64,000 nucleotides of DNA from an uncultured bacterium (GTDB lineage Bacteria > Babelota > Babeliae > Babelales > Vermiphilaceae), in assembly GCA_963707655.1 (NCBI GenBank), contig OY970172.1, positions 352,001 to 416,000 of the forward strand, given 5' to 3'. A program made the translations under genes and the position numbers. Below the pieces are notes generated by a model that saw only the letters and a program-made list of their open reading frames with translations, was not told where the DNA came from and made no database searches. Shown in pieces: positions 9,994 to 18,505 of the stretch. Every line of letters begins with the position of its first letter. Within the stretch, counting starts at the first letter, position 1.

Positions 9994-11151
9994 ATGAAAA
10001 AGATATTACTCGCTATCATAATGCTGACGGCCTCCAGCGGCAGGGCGATGCTTGAAGTTGAAGATGCTCCATTCGGTCAGTTGGCTCTGTTTGACTATGG
10101 ATTTCAATCAGGTACGCCGTTGTCACTGGTTGTAGAAGGGGACGAACTTGCACAATGGGCGATGCGGGAGGGAGCTTCTACACCTGATGCGGCAAACAGC
10201 ATCGATGCATTATTGTCTACAGAACAAAAGAAAGCAGTCGCTGCTCTTCATGCGGCATCTTTGGTTACCGTAAAAAAAGGCATGAAACAGAGAAAAATAG
10301 CGAGAAGTAAGCTGTGGTGCAAGGAATGCAAATATCGGGCAGGAAATCTGAATCACTTTGATGAGCACAAGCGAACCAAGGGCCATTTGGAAAAAACAGG
10401 ACAACCATTACCACATTGGTCAACATATGATTTTTCCTGCGAACCATGTGAATATGGGGTCGTGCGTAAGAAGGATTTGAATATACACATGCGAAGCAAA
10501 GGCCATTTAGAAAAAACGGGACAATCGCTACCAGATTGGGCAGCATACGATTTTACCTGCGCACCATGTGAATATGGAGCTTTGAAAAAAGCAACTTTGA
10601 ATTTGCACAAGCGAACCAAGGGCCATTTAGAAAAAACAGGACAATCGCTACCAGATTGGTCAACATATGATTTTTCCTGCGAACCATGTGAATACGGAAC
10701 CATGAAAAAAACAACCTTGAATGACCACATGCAAAGCAAGAGCCATTTAGAAAAAGTAGGACAATCGTTATCAGATTGGCAAGCATACGATTTCACCTGT
10801 GCACTATGTAAATATGGCACCACGCAAAAAGTAAACTTGAATGCACACATGCAAAGCAAGGGCCATTTAGAGAAAGCAGGGCAATCGTTGGCGTGGGATG
10901 CATATCAATATACATGCGCACCATGTGAATATGGAACCCCGCAAAAAAGATGCTTGAATGCACACATGCTCAGCAAGGATCATTTAGAAAAAACAGGACA
11001 ATCATTGCCAGATTGGCAAGCATACAATTTCACCTGTGCACTATGTAAATATGGAACTCCGCATAAAAGGAACTTAGATAGACATATGCGCAGTAAGAAG
11101 CATGAGAAAGCTTATTTGAAATCAATTGAAGTTCCGGCTAGGAAAGAATAG
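9994..11151 (+). CDS. Secreted tandem C2H2 zinc-finger protein, 7 fingers (array gene 4)
   Basis: Same architecture; seven fingers. Confidence 0.9.
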   Translation: MKKILLAIIMLTASSGRAMLEVEDAPFGQLALFDYGFQSGTPLSLVVEGDELAQWAMREGASTPDAANSIDALLSTEQKKAVAALHAASLVTVKKGMKQRKIARSKLWCKECKYRAGNLNHFDEHKRTKGHLEKTGQPLPHWSTYDFSCEPCEYGVVRKKDLNIHMRSKGHLEKTGQSLPDWAAYDFTCAPCEYGALKKATLNLHKRTKGHLEKTGQSLPDWSTYDFSCEPCEYGTMKKTTLNDHMQSKSHLEKVGQSLSDWQAYDFTCALCKYGTTQKVNLNAHMQSKGHLEKAGQSLAWDAYQYTCAPCEYGTPQKRCLNAHMLSKDHLEKTGQSLPDWQAYNFTCALCKYGTPHKRNLDRHMRSKKHEKAYLKSIEVPARKE

Positions 11152-11188
11152 CTAAGGCAGAAATAGTAATCGCAAGGAAAATAACAAG

Positions 11189-11986
11189 ATGAAAAAGACA
11201 TTATTCGTCATCCTAGTGCTGGCTTGCCCCAGCTGCTGGGCGATGGTTGAAGTTGAAGATGCTCCATTCGGTCAGTTGGATTTGTTTGACTATGGATTTC
11301 AACCGGGCGCGGCGTTGCTGATGGAAGAAGAGGGGAATGGGGACGAACTTGCGCAATGGGCGATGCGGGAGGCAGTTTCAGCACCCGATGCGGTGAACAG
11401 CAATAATGCATTACTGTCTACAGAACAAAAGAAGGCAATCGCTGCTCTTCATGCGGCATCTTTGGTTACCGTAAAAAAAGGCATGAAAAAGAGAAAAATA
11501 GCGAGAAGTAAGCTGTGGTGCAAGGAATGCAAATGTCGGGTAATAAATCTGAAGAACTTTGATTTGCACAAGCAAAGCAAGGGCCATTTAGAAAAAACAG
11601 GACAGCCGTTACCACATTGGTCAGCATATGAGTTTACTTGCGCACCGTGTGAATACGGGGCTTTTCTTAAGCAATCTTTGAATGCACATATGCGAAGCCG
11701 TTCCCACCTAATAAAAACAGGGCAATTGTTACCAGTTTGGCAAGCATATAAATACAGATGTGAAATATGTAAATATGGAACTCCGCATAAAGGAAACTTG
11801 AATACACACATGCAAAGCAAGGGCCATTTAGAGAAAACAGGGCAATCGTTGGTGTGGGATGCACATAGATACAGATGTGAAATATGTGAACGTGGCTTCT
11901 TGGAAAAAGGGCATTTTGATAGGCACATGCGCACTAAGAAGCATGAGAAATCAGTAACTAAAAAAACAATCGTGAGGAAAAAATAA
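11189..11986 (+). CDS. Secreted tandem C2H2 zinc-finger protein, 4 fingers (array gene 5)
   Basis: Same architecture; four fingers. Confidence 0.9.
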   Translation: MKKTLFVILVLACPSCWAMVEVEDAPFGQLDLFDYGFQPGAALLMEEEGNGDELAQWAMREAVSAPDAVNSNNALLSTEQKKAIAALHAASLVTVKKGMKKRKIARSKLWCKECKCRVINLKNFDLHKQSKGHLEKTGQPLPHWSAYEFTCAPCEYGAFLKQSLNAHMRSRSHLIKTGQLLPVWQAYKYRCEICKYGTPHKGNLNTHMQSKGHLEKTGQSLVWDAHRYRCEICERGFLEKGHFDRHMRTKKHEKSVTKKTIVRKK

Positions 11987-11987
11987 G

Positions 11988-12929
11988 ATGAAAAAGATAT
12001 TACTCGTTATCCTGTTGCTGGCTTGCCCCAGATGCTGGGCGATGGGCGAAGAAGCCTCATACTACGATCAGTTGGCCCTGTTTGACCATAGATCTCAACG
12101 AGATGTTCCCTTTTTATCAATGGAACAATGTGATGTGGACGGAATCGCGCCATGGATTATTGATGAGGAAAATCCGTTTAGCCAGTGGAATCCATCTGAC
12201 TATGAATTGCGACTAGGCACGCCATTATTGACACCGAGGCAAGAAGATGATGGGTGTGAGCTTGAGTCTTTGGCAATGCAGGGCAATGTTGTGGATCCTC
12301 ATGAGGAGCTGGACATCGGTGCATCATTGTCTACAAAACAAAAGAAAGCAGTCGCCGCTCTTCATGAGTCATCTTTGATTACCGTAAAAAAAGGTATGAA
12401 AGAGAGAAGAATAGCTAGGGGTAAGTTGTGGTGCAAGGAATGCGGATATAATGTCTGGCATAAAGGAAACTTGAATGCACACATGAAAGGCAAAGTTCAT
12501 CTAAGAAGAACAGAACAATCGTTACTAGATTGGCAAGAGCATAAACACAGATGTGCACCATGCAAATATGGTGACTGGCATAAAGGACACTTGAATGCAC
12601 ACATGAAAAGCAAAGCGCATCTAAGAAAAATAGAACAATTGTTGTCATCGGTATCGGGGCAATATCAATGTCCACCATGTGGATATGACACCCCTTTGAA
12701 GCGTAGCTGGAATGCGCACGAGCGTAGTAGGGACCATTTAGAAAAAACAGGACAGTTGTTAAAAGATTGGCGCTCATATGAATATAAATGTAAAACATGT
12801 AAACATGGCATGGCTTCCAGGCTTCAATGGGATACACACGTGCGAAGCAAGCAACATGTGCAAACAAGTAAACTGCTTATTGAAAATCAACGGAAAAGCG
12901 CCAGAGTAAAAGAAATAGCTAAAGCTTGA
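11988..12929 (+). CDS. Secreted tandem C2H2 zinc-finger protein, 4 fingers, divergent with longer acidic N-region (array gene 6)
   Basis: Signal peptide ...PRCWA-M; long D/E/W-rich N-region; four fingers. Confidence 0.88.
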   Translation: MKKILLVILLLACPRCWAMGEEASYYDQLALFDHRSQRDVPFLSMEQCDVDGIAPWIIDEENPFSQWNPSDYELRLGTPLLTPRQEDDGCELESLAMQGNVVDPHEELDIGASLSTKQKKAVAALHESSLITVKKGMKERRIARGKLWCKECGYNVWHKGNLNAHMKGKVHLRRTEQSLLDWQEHKHRCAPCKYGDWHKGHLNAHMKSKAHLRKIEQLLSSVSGQYQCPPCGYDTPLKRSWNAHERSRDHLEKTGQLLKDWRSYEYKCKTCKHGMASRLQWDTHVRSKQHVQTSKLLIENQRKSARVKEIAKA

Positions 12930-12962
12930 AAAATAATTGCAAGAAAAGAGTAGTGCATTCTC

Positions 12963-12995
12963 AAAAAACCCCGCCAATATAAAAGCGGGGTTTTT
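12963..12995. terminator. Bidirectional intrinsic terminator
   Basis: AAAAAACCCCGC-loop-GCGGGGTTTTT between convergent genes. Confidence 0.8.
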
Positions 12996-13015
12996 AGTTT
13001 TTAAGAAAGTTATAA

Positions 13016-14767
13016 TTATCTTATTGATTTAAGAACATCAATCAACTCTTTGAGCGATTTTTGCAAGGTATAGACCGATGCCGGCACTGGAACCAGTTGC
13101 ATTAAATTAGCATTGGGGACTGGTTGAGGTTCGCCCAAAAATGCCCATCGTTTATCAGCAGTAATGGTGCTTTCCTGATTTTTTATAGCATCAATCTGTT
13201 GCATTATTGAATTAATTGTTGCGGTTTTTGCGATTATTTCATCAACATCTATCTTATAATATTTTTTTTGTTCCGGGCTGAACTTGCTAAAGCGAACACG
13301 AAGAGCATTTGCTTTCTCCATAGTGCGGTCCGCGGCGTTTATTGCGCTTTGCAACGCATTTGCTGCTTGAGTATTAACGGGTGTAGCAGTACTCAGTACC
13401 AAAGTCTCTATATTTTTAAAGTTATTATCAATAAGAATATCAGTTACTCTATCCAGAGAAGAAGATAAATTGTCAAAGCTTTTTTCAGTTCGTTTATCTT
13501 CTTCACCTTTCTTTTTTTCATCCTCTTTTTTTGGTTTATCTGTTGCTGCCGGTTTAGCTGCTTCTTTTTTGCCTTCAGCCGGTTTTGGCATTGGCGCAGC
13601 GCCGCCTGCTTTTGGTGCGGATGCACCGCCGCCAGCGTTACCTCCTGTTTTACCGGTACCGCCGCCGGTTGATCGTGTTCCGGCTTCGGTTGATGAAGGT
13701 TGGTTGTCTGCAGAACCAAAACGAGGTTGTCCTGTTTGCTGATACAATGCATCATTTGAATAGCCACTGCCATATGAAGGGGTTTGTCTTTGCACCTTGC
13801 TGTATTGTGGTGCGGGTGCCTCATAACCAGCGGTGATTACCGGCGTTGCTGGGCGGGGGGCAGCACTTTTTTGTGCTTCCTGTATGCTTTTTGTTTTTTC
13901 TTCACTTAATTTAGCGGCCTTTGGTCCGTATGTGCCAATGATGCTTTCAAGGCTTGCGGGCAAACCGAGTTTGTAAAATGCCTCACTAATGCAGCTGAGC
14001 GCTTTTTTAAAGGCGGTGCTTGATTTTTCAGTCAAAGTAGTAGAACCAAATTCAGGAATTTCAATATTTGGTTCATTGATGCGTAACACACTTTCTACGC
14101 GTGCGAGGTTGTTGCGTACAACTTCATTTTTAATCAATTCAGGCAAATATTTATATTCTTTTGTTTTTGGATCGCGATCTTTCATCTTTGAGAGTTGTTG
14201 TATCAAAAGCTCTATCTGGCCTTTTAGTGTTTCCCAGCGGTCAAAAGATGGATTGATGCCGCCTTCTTTGAGCCATGCGCTCACTTTTATTGAAAAATCG
14301 GGAATAAGAGCACTTTTGCTTATTATTTTTTCAAGTCTTGTTAAAAGACTATCAATAATGGCAGCAGCTTCATCTATTTTTGAAGAAGCAATCGGTTTAG
14401 CCGCCGGTTTTGTTTCCTGCGTTACCGGCGTAGAAACAACAGGAGTTGTTTCTGTTATTGGTGTTTCAATCGGTTTAATTTTTTCTTCCAGTTGAGTAGC
14501 CTCTTTTTCAACTTCTGCCCAAAACTCTTCAAGAAATTTTTCCTGCTCGGCCGGTGGTAATTTAGCAACTTCCTTTTCAAGCTCTTGCATGATTTCCATA
14601 AAAAATTGCTGTTGCTGTTCCTCATTGAGTCCCTGTACCATCTCCATCATTTCGCGTTCTTGCGGATCTAAGCGAGAAAGGTCGAGCGCGCTCGCGCTTG
14701 TCACTACGATTGCAGATCCCCATATAATGAGCGATAAGAGCACAAGAAGATTTCTGAAAAAATTCAT
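13016..14767 (-). CDS. Secreted/membrane-anchored hypothetical protein with helical domains and a Gly/Pro/Lys-rich linker
   Basis: 583 aa; N-terminal signal (…SASA-LD); Q/E-rich helix; low-complexity GGGTGKTGGNAGGG linker. Confidence 0.8.
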   Translation of the reverse strand: MNFFRNLLVLLSLIIWGSAIVVTSASALDLSRLDPQEREMMEMVQGLNEEQQQQFFMEIMQELEKEVAKLPPAEQEKFLEEFWAEVEKEATQLEEKIKPIETPITETTPVVSTPVTQETKPAAKPIASSKIDEAAAIIDSLLTRLEKIISKSALIPDFSIKVSAWLKEGGINPSFDRWETLKGQIELLIQQLSKMKDRDPKTKEYKYLPELIKNEVVRNNLARVESVLRINEPNIEIPEFGSTTLTEKSSTAFKKALSCISEAFYKLGLPASLESIIGTYGPKAAKLSEEKTKSIQEAQKSAAPRPATPVITAGYEAPAPQYSKVQRQTPSYGSGYSNDALYQQTGQPRFGSADNQPSSTEAGTRSTGGGTGKTGGNAGGGASAPKAGGAAPMPKPAEGKKEAAKPAATDKPKKEDEKKKGEEDKRTEKSFDNLSSSLDRVTDILIDNNFKNIETLVLSTATPVNTQAANALQSAINAADRTMEKANALRVRFSKFSPEQKKYYKIDVDEIIAKTATINSIMQQIDAIKNQESTITADKRWAFLGEPQPVPNANLMQLVPVPASVYTLQKSLKELIDVLKSIR

Positions 14768-14851
14768 ATTTTTCCTTTTCGTTACGGTGTGTTAGATAGA
14801 ATTCTAATGTACCCTAGTATAAGGCAATTGCTATCAGTTACAATAGAGTTT

Positions 14852-15229
14852 ATGAAAAAACAGAACAAAAAAGGATTTCTTCTTATTGAATTTATTATTG
14901 CATGCGCATTGCTTGTATCGATAGCTGCACTGATGAGTTTGTATTTTTCTGCCATGGCAAAACAGTATTGCCAAGCAAAGCGCCATTTAGAAACTTTTCG
15001 TCTGTTGCAGCACGCGTTGTATGAAGATGGATCAGCTGCTGCGCATAACGCGGGAACGATAGACGCGCAAGAATTCATGTTGCCACCTCTTAAAGCAGCA
15101 TTGCGAAACAAGGGATATAGCAATGCGTTTCACCAAACATTAATTATTAAAGTAGTGAGCATGCCTGAGGATCAAGATGCTCGATTGATGCGCTTGGAGA
15201 GCATTTGTGTGCGTAGGAATGCAGTATGA
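14852..15229 (+). CDS. Prepilin-type N-terminal cleavage protein (minor pilin/pseudopilin)
   Basis: MKKQNKKG-FLLIEFIIA class III signal (G-F...E5). Confidence 0.8.
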   Translation: MKKQNKKGFLLIEFIIACALLVSIAALMSLYFSAMAKQYCQAKRHLETFRLLQHALYEDGSAAAHNAGTIDAQEFMLPPLKAALRNKGYSNAFHQTLIIKVVSMPEDQDARLMRLESICVRRNAV

Positions 15230-15663
15230 AAAAGCGGGGATTCACCTTAATTGAATGTATTATCGCCATAGCGCTGTTTGCGCTCATTGCGTTTTTAACA
15301 ACTCATTTTAGCGTACAATGTTATACAACAATTACTCAATTGCGCACGCAAAGTTCTGCGTTGATGATGTTTAATACTGCCTTTGATTTTCTTGCGCGCG
15401 ATCTTAAAATGGCGCCGACCATGAGTGAGTGGAAATCAAAAAACAAAAATGATTATACGTGGCGGCAGGGGGATGCCCAATTACGATGGCGCATAGATGA
15501 AAACAAGTTATTACGCAGCTGTGGTAATCGTTCAAGCGTTGTTGCATTGCATGTTGAATCGTTAACTATAGAAGAAGCGCGTAATGGATTTAATCTATTT
15601 TTAAAACTTGATAACAACGGACATTGTTATCAAACGAAACAATGGGTAAGGGTAGTGCGATGA
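15226..15663 (+). CDS. Prepilin-type protein (GspJ/PilW-like)
   Basis: MKKRG-FTLIECIIA, then ...LARDLKMA; ATGA overlap with the previous gene. Confidence 0.85.
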   Translation: MKKRGFTLIECIIAIALFALIAFLTTHFSVQCYTTITQLRTQSSALMMFNTAFDFLARDLKMAPTMSEWKSKNKNDYTWRQGDAQLRWRIDENKLLRSCGNRSSVVALHVESLTIEEARNGFNLFLKLDNNGHCYQTKQWVRVVR

Positions 15664-16055
15664 ATAAACCGGGGATGGCCCTTATTACCGTTTTTCTTTG
15701 TTTGTCTGCCTCATCCGTAATCATTCTTACCGCTTATCAAGCAATAGCGCTATTGCCCATTTTTTCCCGTGATCATATTAAATATCAAGCAGATGAACTG
15801 ATGCTTGATGGGGCTTGTATATATGCGCGCGAATTTTGCAGAGAAAATTGGAAACGCCTTGTTTTTTATGCTCAGCAGGGGGAAAAACAAGAGATATTTT
15901 TTGCGCCATCATCATCACCCGGTGTTCGAGCGCGCATTGGTATTAACTTGGGTACCAAAGAGCAGCAGATAGAAATATCGTTATTAAAAAAAGGCCAGCA
16001 GAGCTGTATGCGAAAAATATCTATAAATCACAACTGTGCCATTGCCTTACAGTAA
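15660..16055 (+). CDS. PilX/GspK-like minor pilin
   Basis: MNKPG-MALITVFL (G-xAL without E5, typical of PilX/GspK); ATGA overlap. Confidence 0.65.
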   Translation: MNKPGMALITVFLCLSASSVIILTAYQAIALLPIFSRDHIKYQADELMLDGACIYAREFCRENWKRLVFYAQQGEKQEIFFAPSSSPGVRARIGINLGTKEQQIEISLLKKGQQSCMRKISINHNCAIALQ

Positions 16056-16076
16056 CTATGCATCTCACCTGTATGG

Positions 16077-16422
16077 TTATGCCCGTCTCGCGCGTCTGGT
16101 AGCAGTTCTATGCGCAGTGGTGTTGTTGTGTTGAGTAAGATGTGTAACAATATCAGTGCCATACTGGCACGTTTTATACGTATATTCATGAAGGTACCAC
16201 GCTAAGAGCGGTAGTCCGGTAGCACGCTTCTTGGTCACCGCCAATCGAGCTATTTTTAAGTTTTTGGGCGCTCTTATATCCAGAGGCTCTGTATTGGCAT
16301 TGAGTCTACTGGCGTTTGTGAGCAGCCAATTCAATCTCATCTGTTATTGCCAGATCAATTTCTTGGGCAATGGCAAGGGAAAATGTGCTGATTATGAATA
16401 GTATAATTATTTTTGGCATCAT
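16077..16422 (-). pseudogene. Degenerate paralog of the 17000-17614 zinc-finger gene
   Basis: The frame MMPKIIILFIISTFSLAIAQEIDLAITDEIELAA stops at HKRQ*. Homology resumes in another frame (…KNLKIARLAVTKKR…GLPLLAWYLHEYT-YKTCQYGTD…H…H). First Cys replaced by Tyr; only one finger remains. Confidence 0.8.
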
Positions 16423-16999
16423 TATTCGTATGATTTCATGTATTGCGTGACTGCCTTAGCTTGCCCTTAAAACGATTCTTTATCAAGAGTAGATAAAAAG
16501 AAATTCTATGCGCCATTCAAAGACGCATAATTCTTACCCTTATGTTAATTCTTCTCCTCCTGCTTATTCAAACAACAAAGAACTCAGCCAACAGTGATAC
16601 AAGAAAGTATAAAAAGGACTGACCCTTGCTCAACTATTACTGATACATGTCATCATTGAAACCAAGAAGCTCCCCGTAATAATACCCGAGCAGTCATTGG
16701 TTCAAGGACCGTTGGAAAAAACATCTAACATGGTAAGTATTAAAAACCCTCAGCAAGACTCACCCGAAGTGCCAAAGGAATTAACGCAAGTTGTCTACAC
16801 GCAACAACTCTTTAATGGCCTTCCAGAATCAATAAGAAAGTATCTGTCTACTGTGGCGAGTCCACAACCTGTTCCTCAATCAATACAAAAGAGTATTGAC
16901 AGAATTGTGCGAGCGCACTAGATAGAGCCATACATTCGGGAGGGCAGGGGTTCTCTGCGGGCCCCTGAATGGGATCAACCACTTCTGGTTGTCTAGGCG

Positions 17000-17614
17000 T
17001 TATTGTTGTGCTCGTAAGGTTTGCAAGTCAATCGGTGCCACGCGTTCGGCGGCAGTTCTATGTTTGGCGCTATTGTTGTGTGAGGTAAAACGTTCGCGCC
17101 GATCAGTGCCATACTCGCACGTTTTACACATATATTCACGAAGGTACCACGCTACTTGCGGTAGTCCAGTAGCAGCTCTATGCGCAGTACTGTGGTTATG
17201 TTGAATAAGATGTGAAAAAACATCAGTGCCATACTTGCACGTTGCACACGTATATGCACGAAGGTACCACGCTACTTGCGGTAGTCCGGTAGTAGTTCTA
17301 TGTTTGGCGGTGTTATTATGTTTAACAAGGTCTGCAGGCTGATCAGTGCCATACTTGCAAATCTCACATATATATTTACGCTTACGCCACGTTGAAGCAA
17401 CACGCTTTTTGGTAGCTAATCGAGCCGCTTTTAAGTTTTTGGATACTTTTACGCTCGTGGGCATGGGCTTTGCATCAGCATTTACTTTCCCTATGTTTGC
17501 CAGTATAGTAACAGCCAATTGAATATCACCGATTCTTACTGGATTGACTTCTTGAGCCATTACCAGAGAAAATGTGCTGAGTATAATTATTTTTATCATC
17601 ATCATCATCATCAT
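17000..17614 (-). CDS. Secreted tandem C2H2 zinc-finger protein, 3 fingers (second subfamily)
   Basis: Signal MIKIIILSTFSLVMA-QE; basic KKRVASTWRKRK; three C-x2-C-x12-H-x5-H units with 40-aa period and linker TGLPQVAWYLRxY. Exact start within the (ATG)6 run is uncertain. Confidence 0.88.
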   Translation of the reverse strand: MMMMMMIKIIILSTFSLVMAQEVNPVRIGDIQLAVTILANIGKVNADAKPMPTSVKVSKNLKAARLATKKRVASTWRKRKYICEICKYGTDQPADLVKHNNTAKHRTTTGLPQVAWYLRAYTCATCKYGTDVFSHLIQHNHSTAHRAATGLPQVAWYLREYMCKTCEYGTDRRERFTSHNNSAKHRTAAERVAPIDLQTLRAQQ

Positions 17615-18030
17615 AGTTTCATTTTCCGTGCTCGTTTATGTGTGCAACTGCCTTAAACCAATCTTGCGTGGGTGATGAATTCTAGCTTGCCTTTTAAATG
17701 ACTTTTTATCAAGAACGAGCGACCTAAAAATACAATATGTCATATAAGGGCGCATAATTCATTGCCATTATGTCAATAAAGCCCGCCTGCTCATTCAGAC
17801 GAAAAAAGCTAAACTAACAGCGATACAAGATGATATAAAAAGGACTATTACATAATGTATTCTTAATCGGAAAAAATAGTATCGGCCCGATTTTGCGAGG
17901 CAAAATGTAATAAACCATTCCATCTCATGGCTAACATTGAAAAGGCGATTACGTTTTTTATTTCCAAGCAACTTTTTTTGGGCTATACTTTTTGCCATTA
18001 ATAAAGCATTTTTTTATGTATAGGAACATT

Positions 18031-18474
18031 ATGAAAGTATATCTATTAAAAAATATTGAACGAGTTGGTATTGCCGGAGAAATTATTAAAGTGAGCGATG
18101 GCTATGGTGCCAATTACCTTATTCCTCACAAATTGGCAGTAGCCGTCACCAGCGAGAACGAAGGATCATTTAAACAGCGCGCGCAAAGCATTGATCGCCG
18201 CAACGAAGTAATATCAACGCAAACTTCTATGTTGGCCGAAAAAATAAAATCAATTACCGTGACCTTAAAACGCAAAATGCATGATGATGGCAAGTTGTAT
18301 GGCTCGGTATCTCAAGGTGAAATTGCCGATCTTCTCGCAGAAAAAGGGGTCAGTGTTTCTAAGAGCCAAGTGGAAATCCCAAAATCAATCAAAGAAAAAG
18401 GGAACTACGAGGTAACCATTAAATTATCCTCACGCTTGCAGCCAACAATAACGCTTAAAGTAATCGCAGAATAG
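18031..18474 (+). CDS. rplI: 50S ribosomal protein L9
   Basis: MKVYLLKNIERVGIAGEIIKVSDGYGANYLIP and GKLYGSV motifs; upstream of dnaB. Confidence 0.95.
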   Translation: MKVYLLKNIERVGIAGEIIKVSDGYGANYLIPHKLAVAVTSENEGSFKQRAQSIDRRNEVISTQTSMLAEKIKSITVTLKRKMHDDGKLYGSVSQGEIADLLAEKGVSVSKSQVEIPKSIKEKGNYEVTIKLSSRLQPTITLKVIAE

Positions 18475-18505
18475 TACGTCATTTTTTTAAAGAGGCCACA
18501 GCAGA

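Noticed and set aside
6965..12860. 120-bp periodic repeats as a CRISPR array
   Set aside because: The repeats are in-frame coding units with codon-type variation; there is no repeat-spacer structure and no cas gene.
6647..12929. Multiheme cytochrome interpretation of the CxxC motifs
   Set aside because: No CxxCH; the histidines lie 13 and 19 residues after the second Cys, as in C2H2 fingers.
6671..12977. Cys-rich antisense ORFs over the zinc-finger array
   Set aside because: Shadows of the repetitive + strand genes; no RBS or independent motifs.
16542..16921. ORF 16697-16921 and upstream fragments
   Set aside because: No clear start or RBS; may be a decayed gene, but there is no recognisable homology.
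6647..17614. Diversity-generating retroelement as the source of finger variation
   Set aside because: No reverse transcriptase or non-coding template repeat in the window, and variation is not obviously adenine-restricted.
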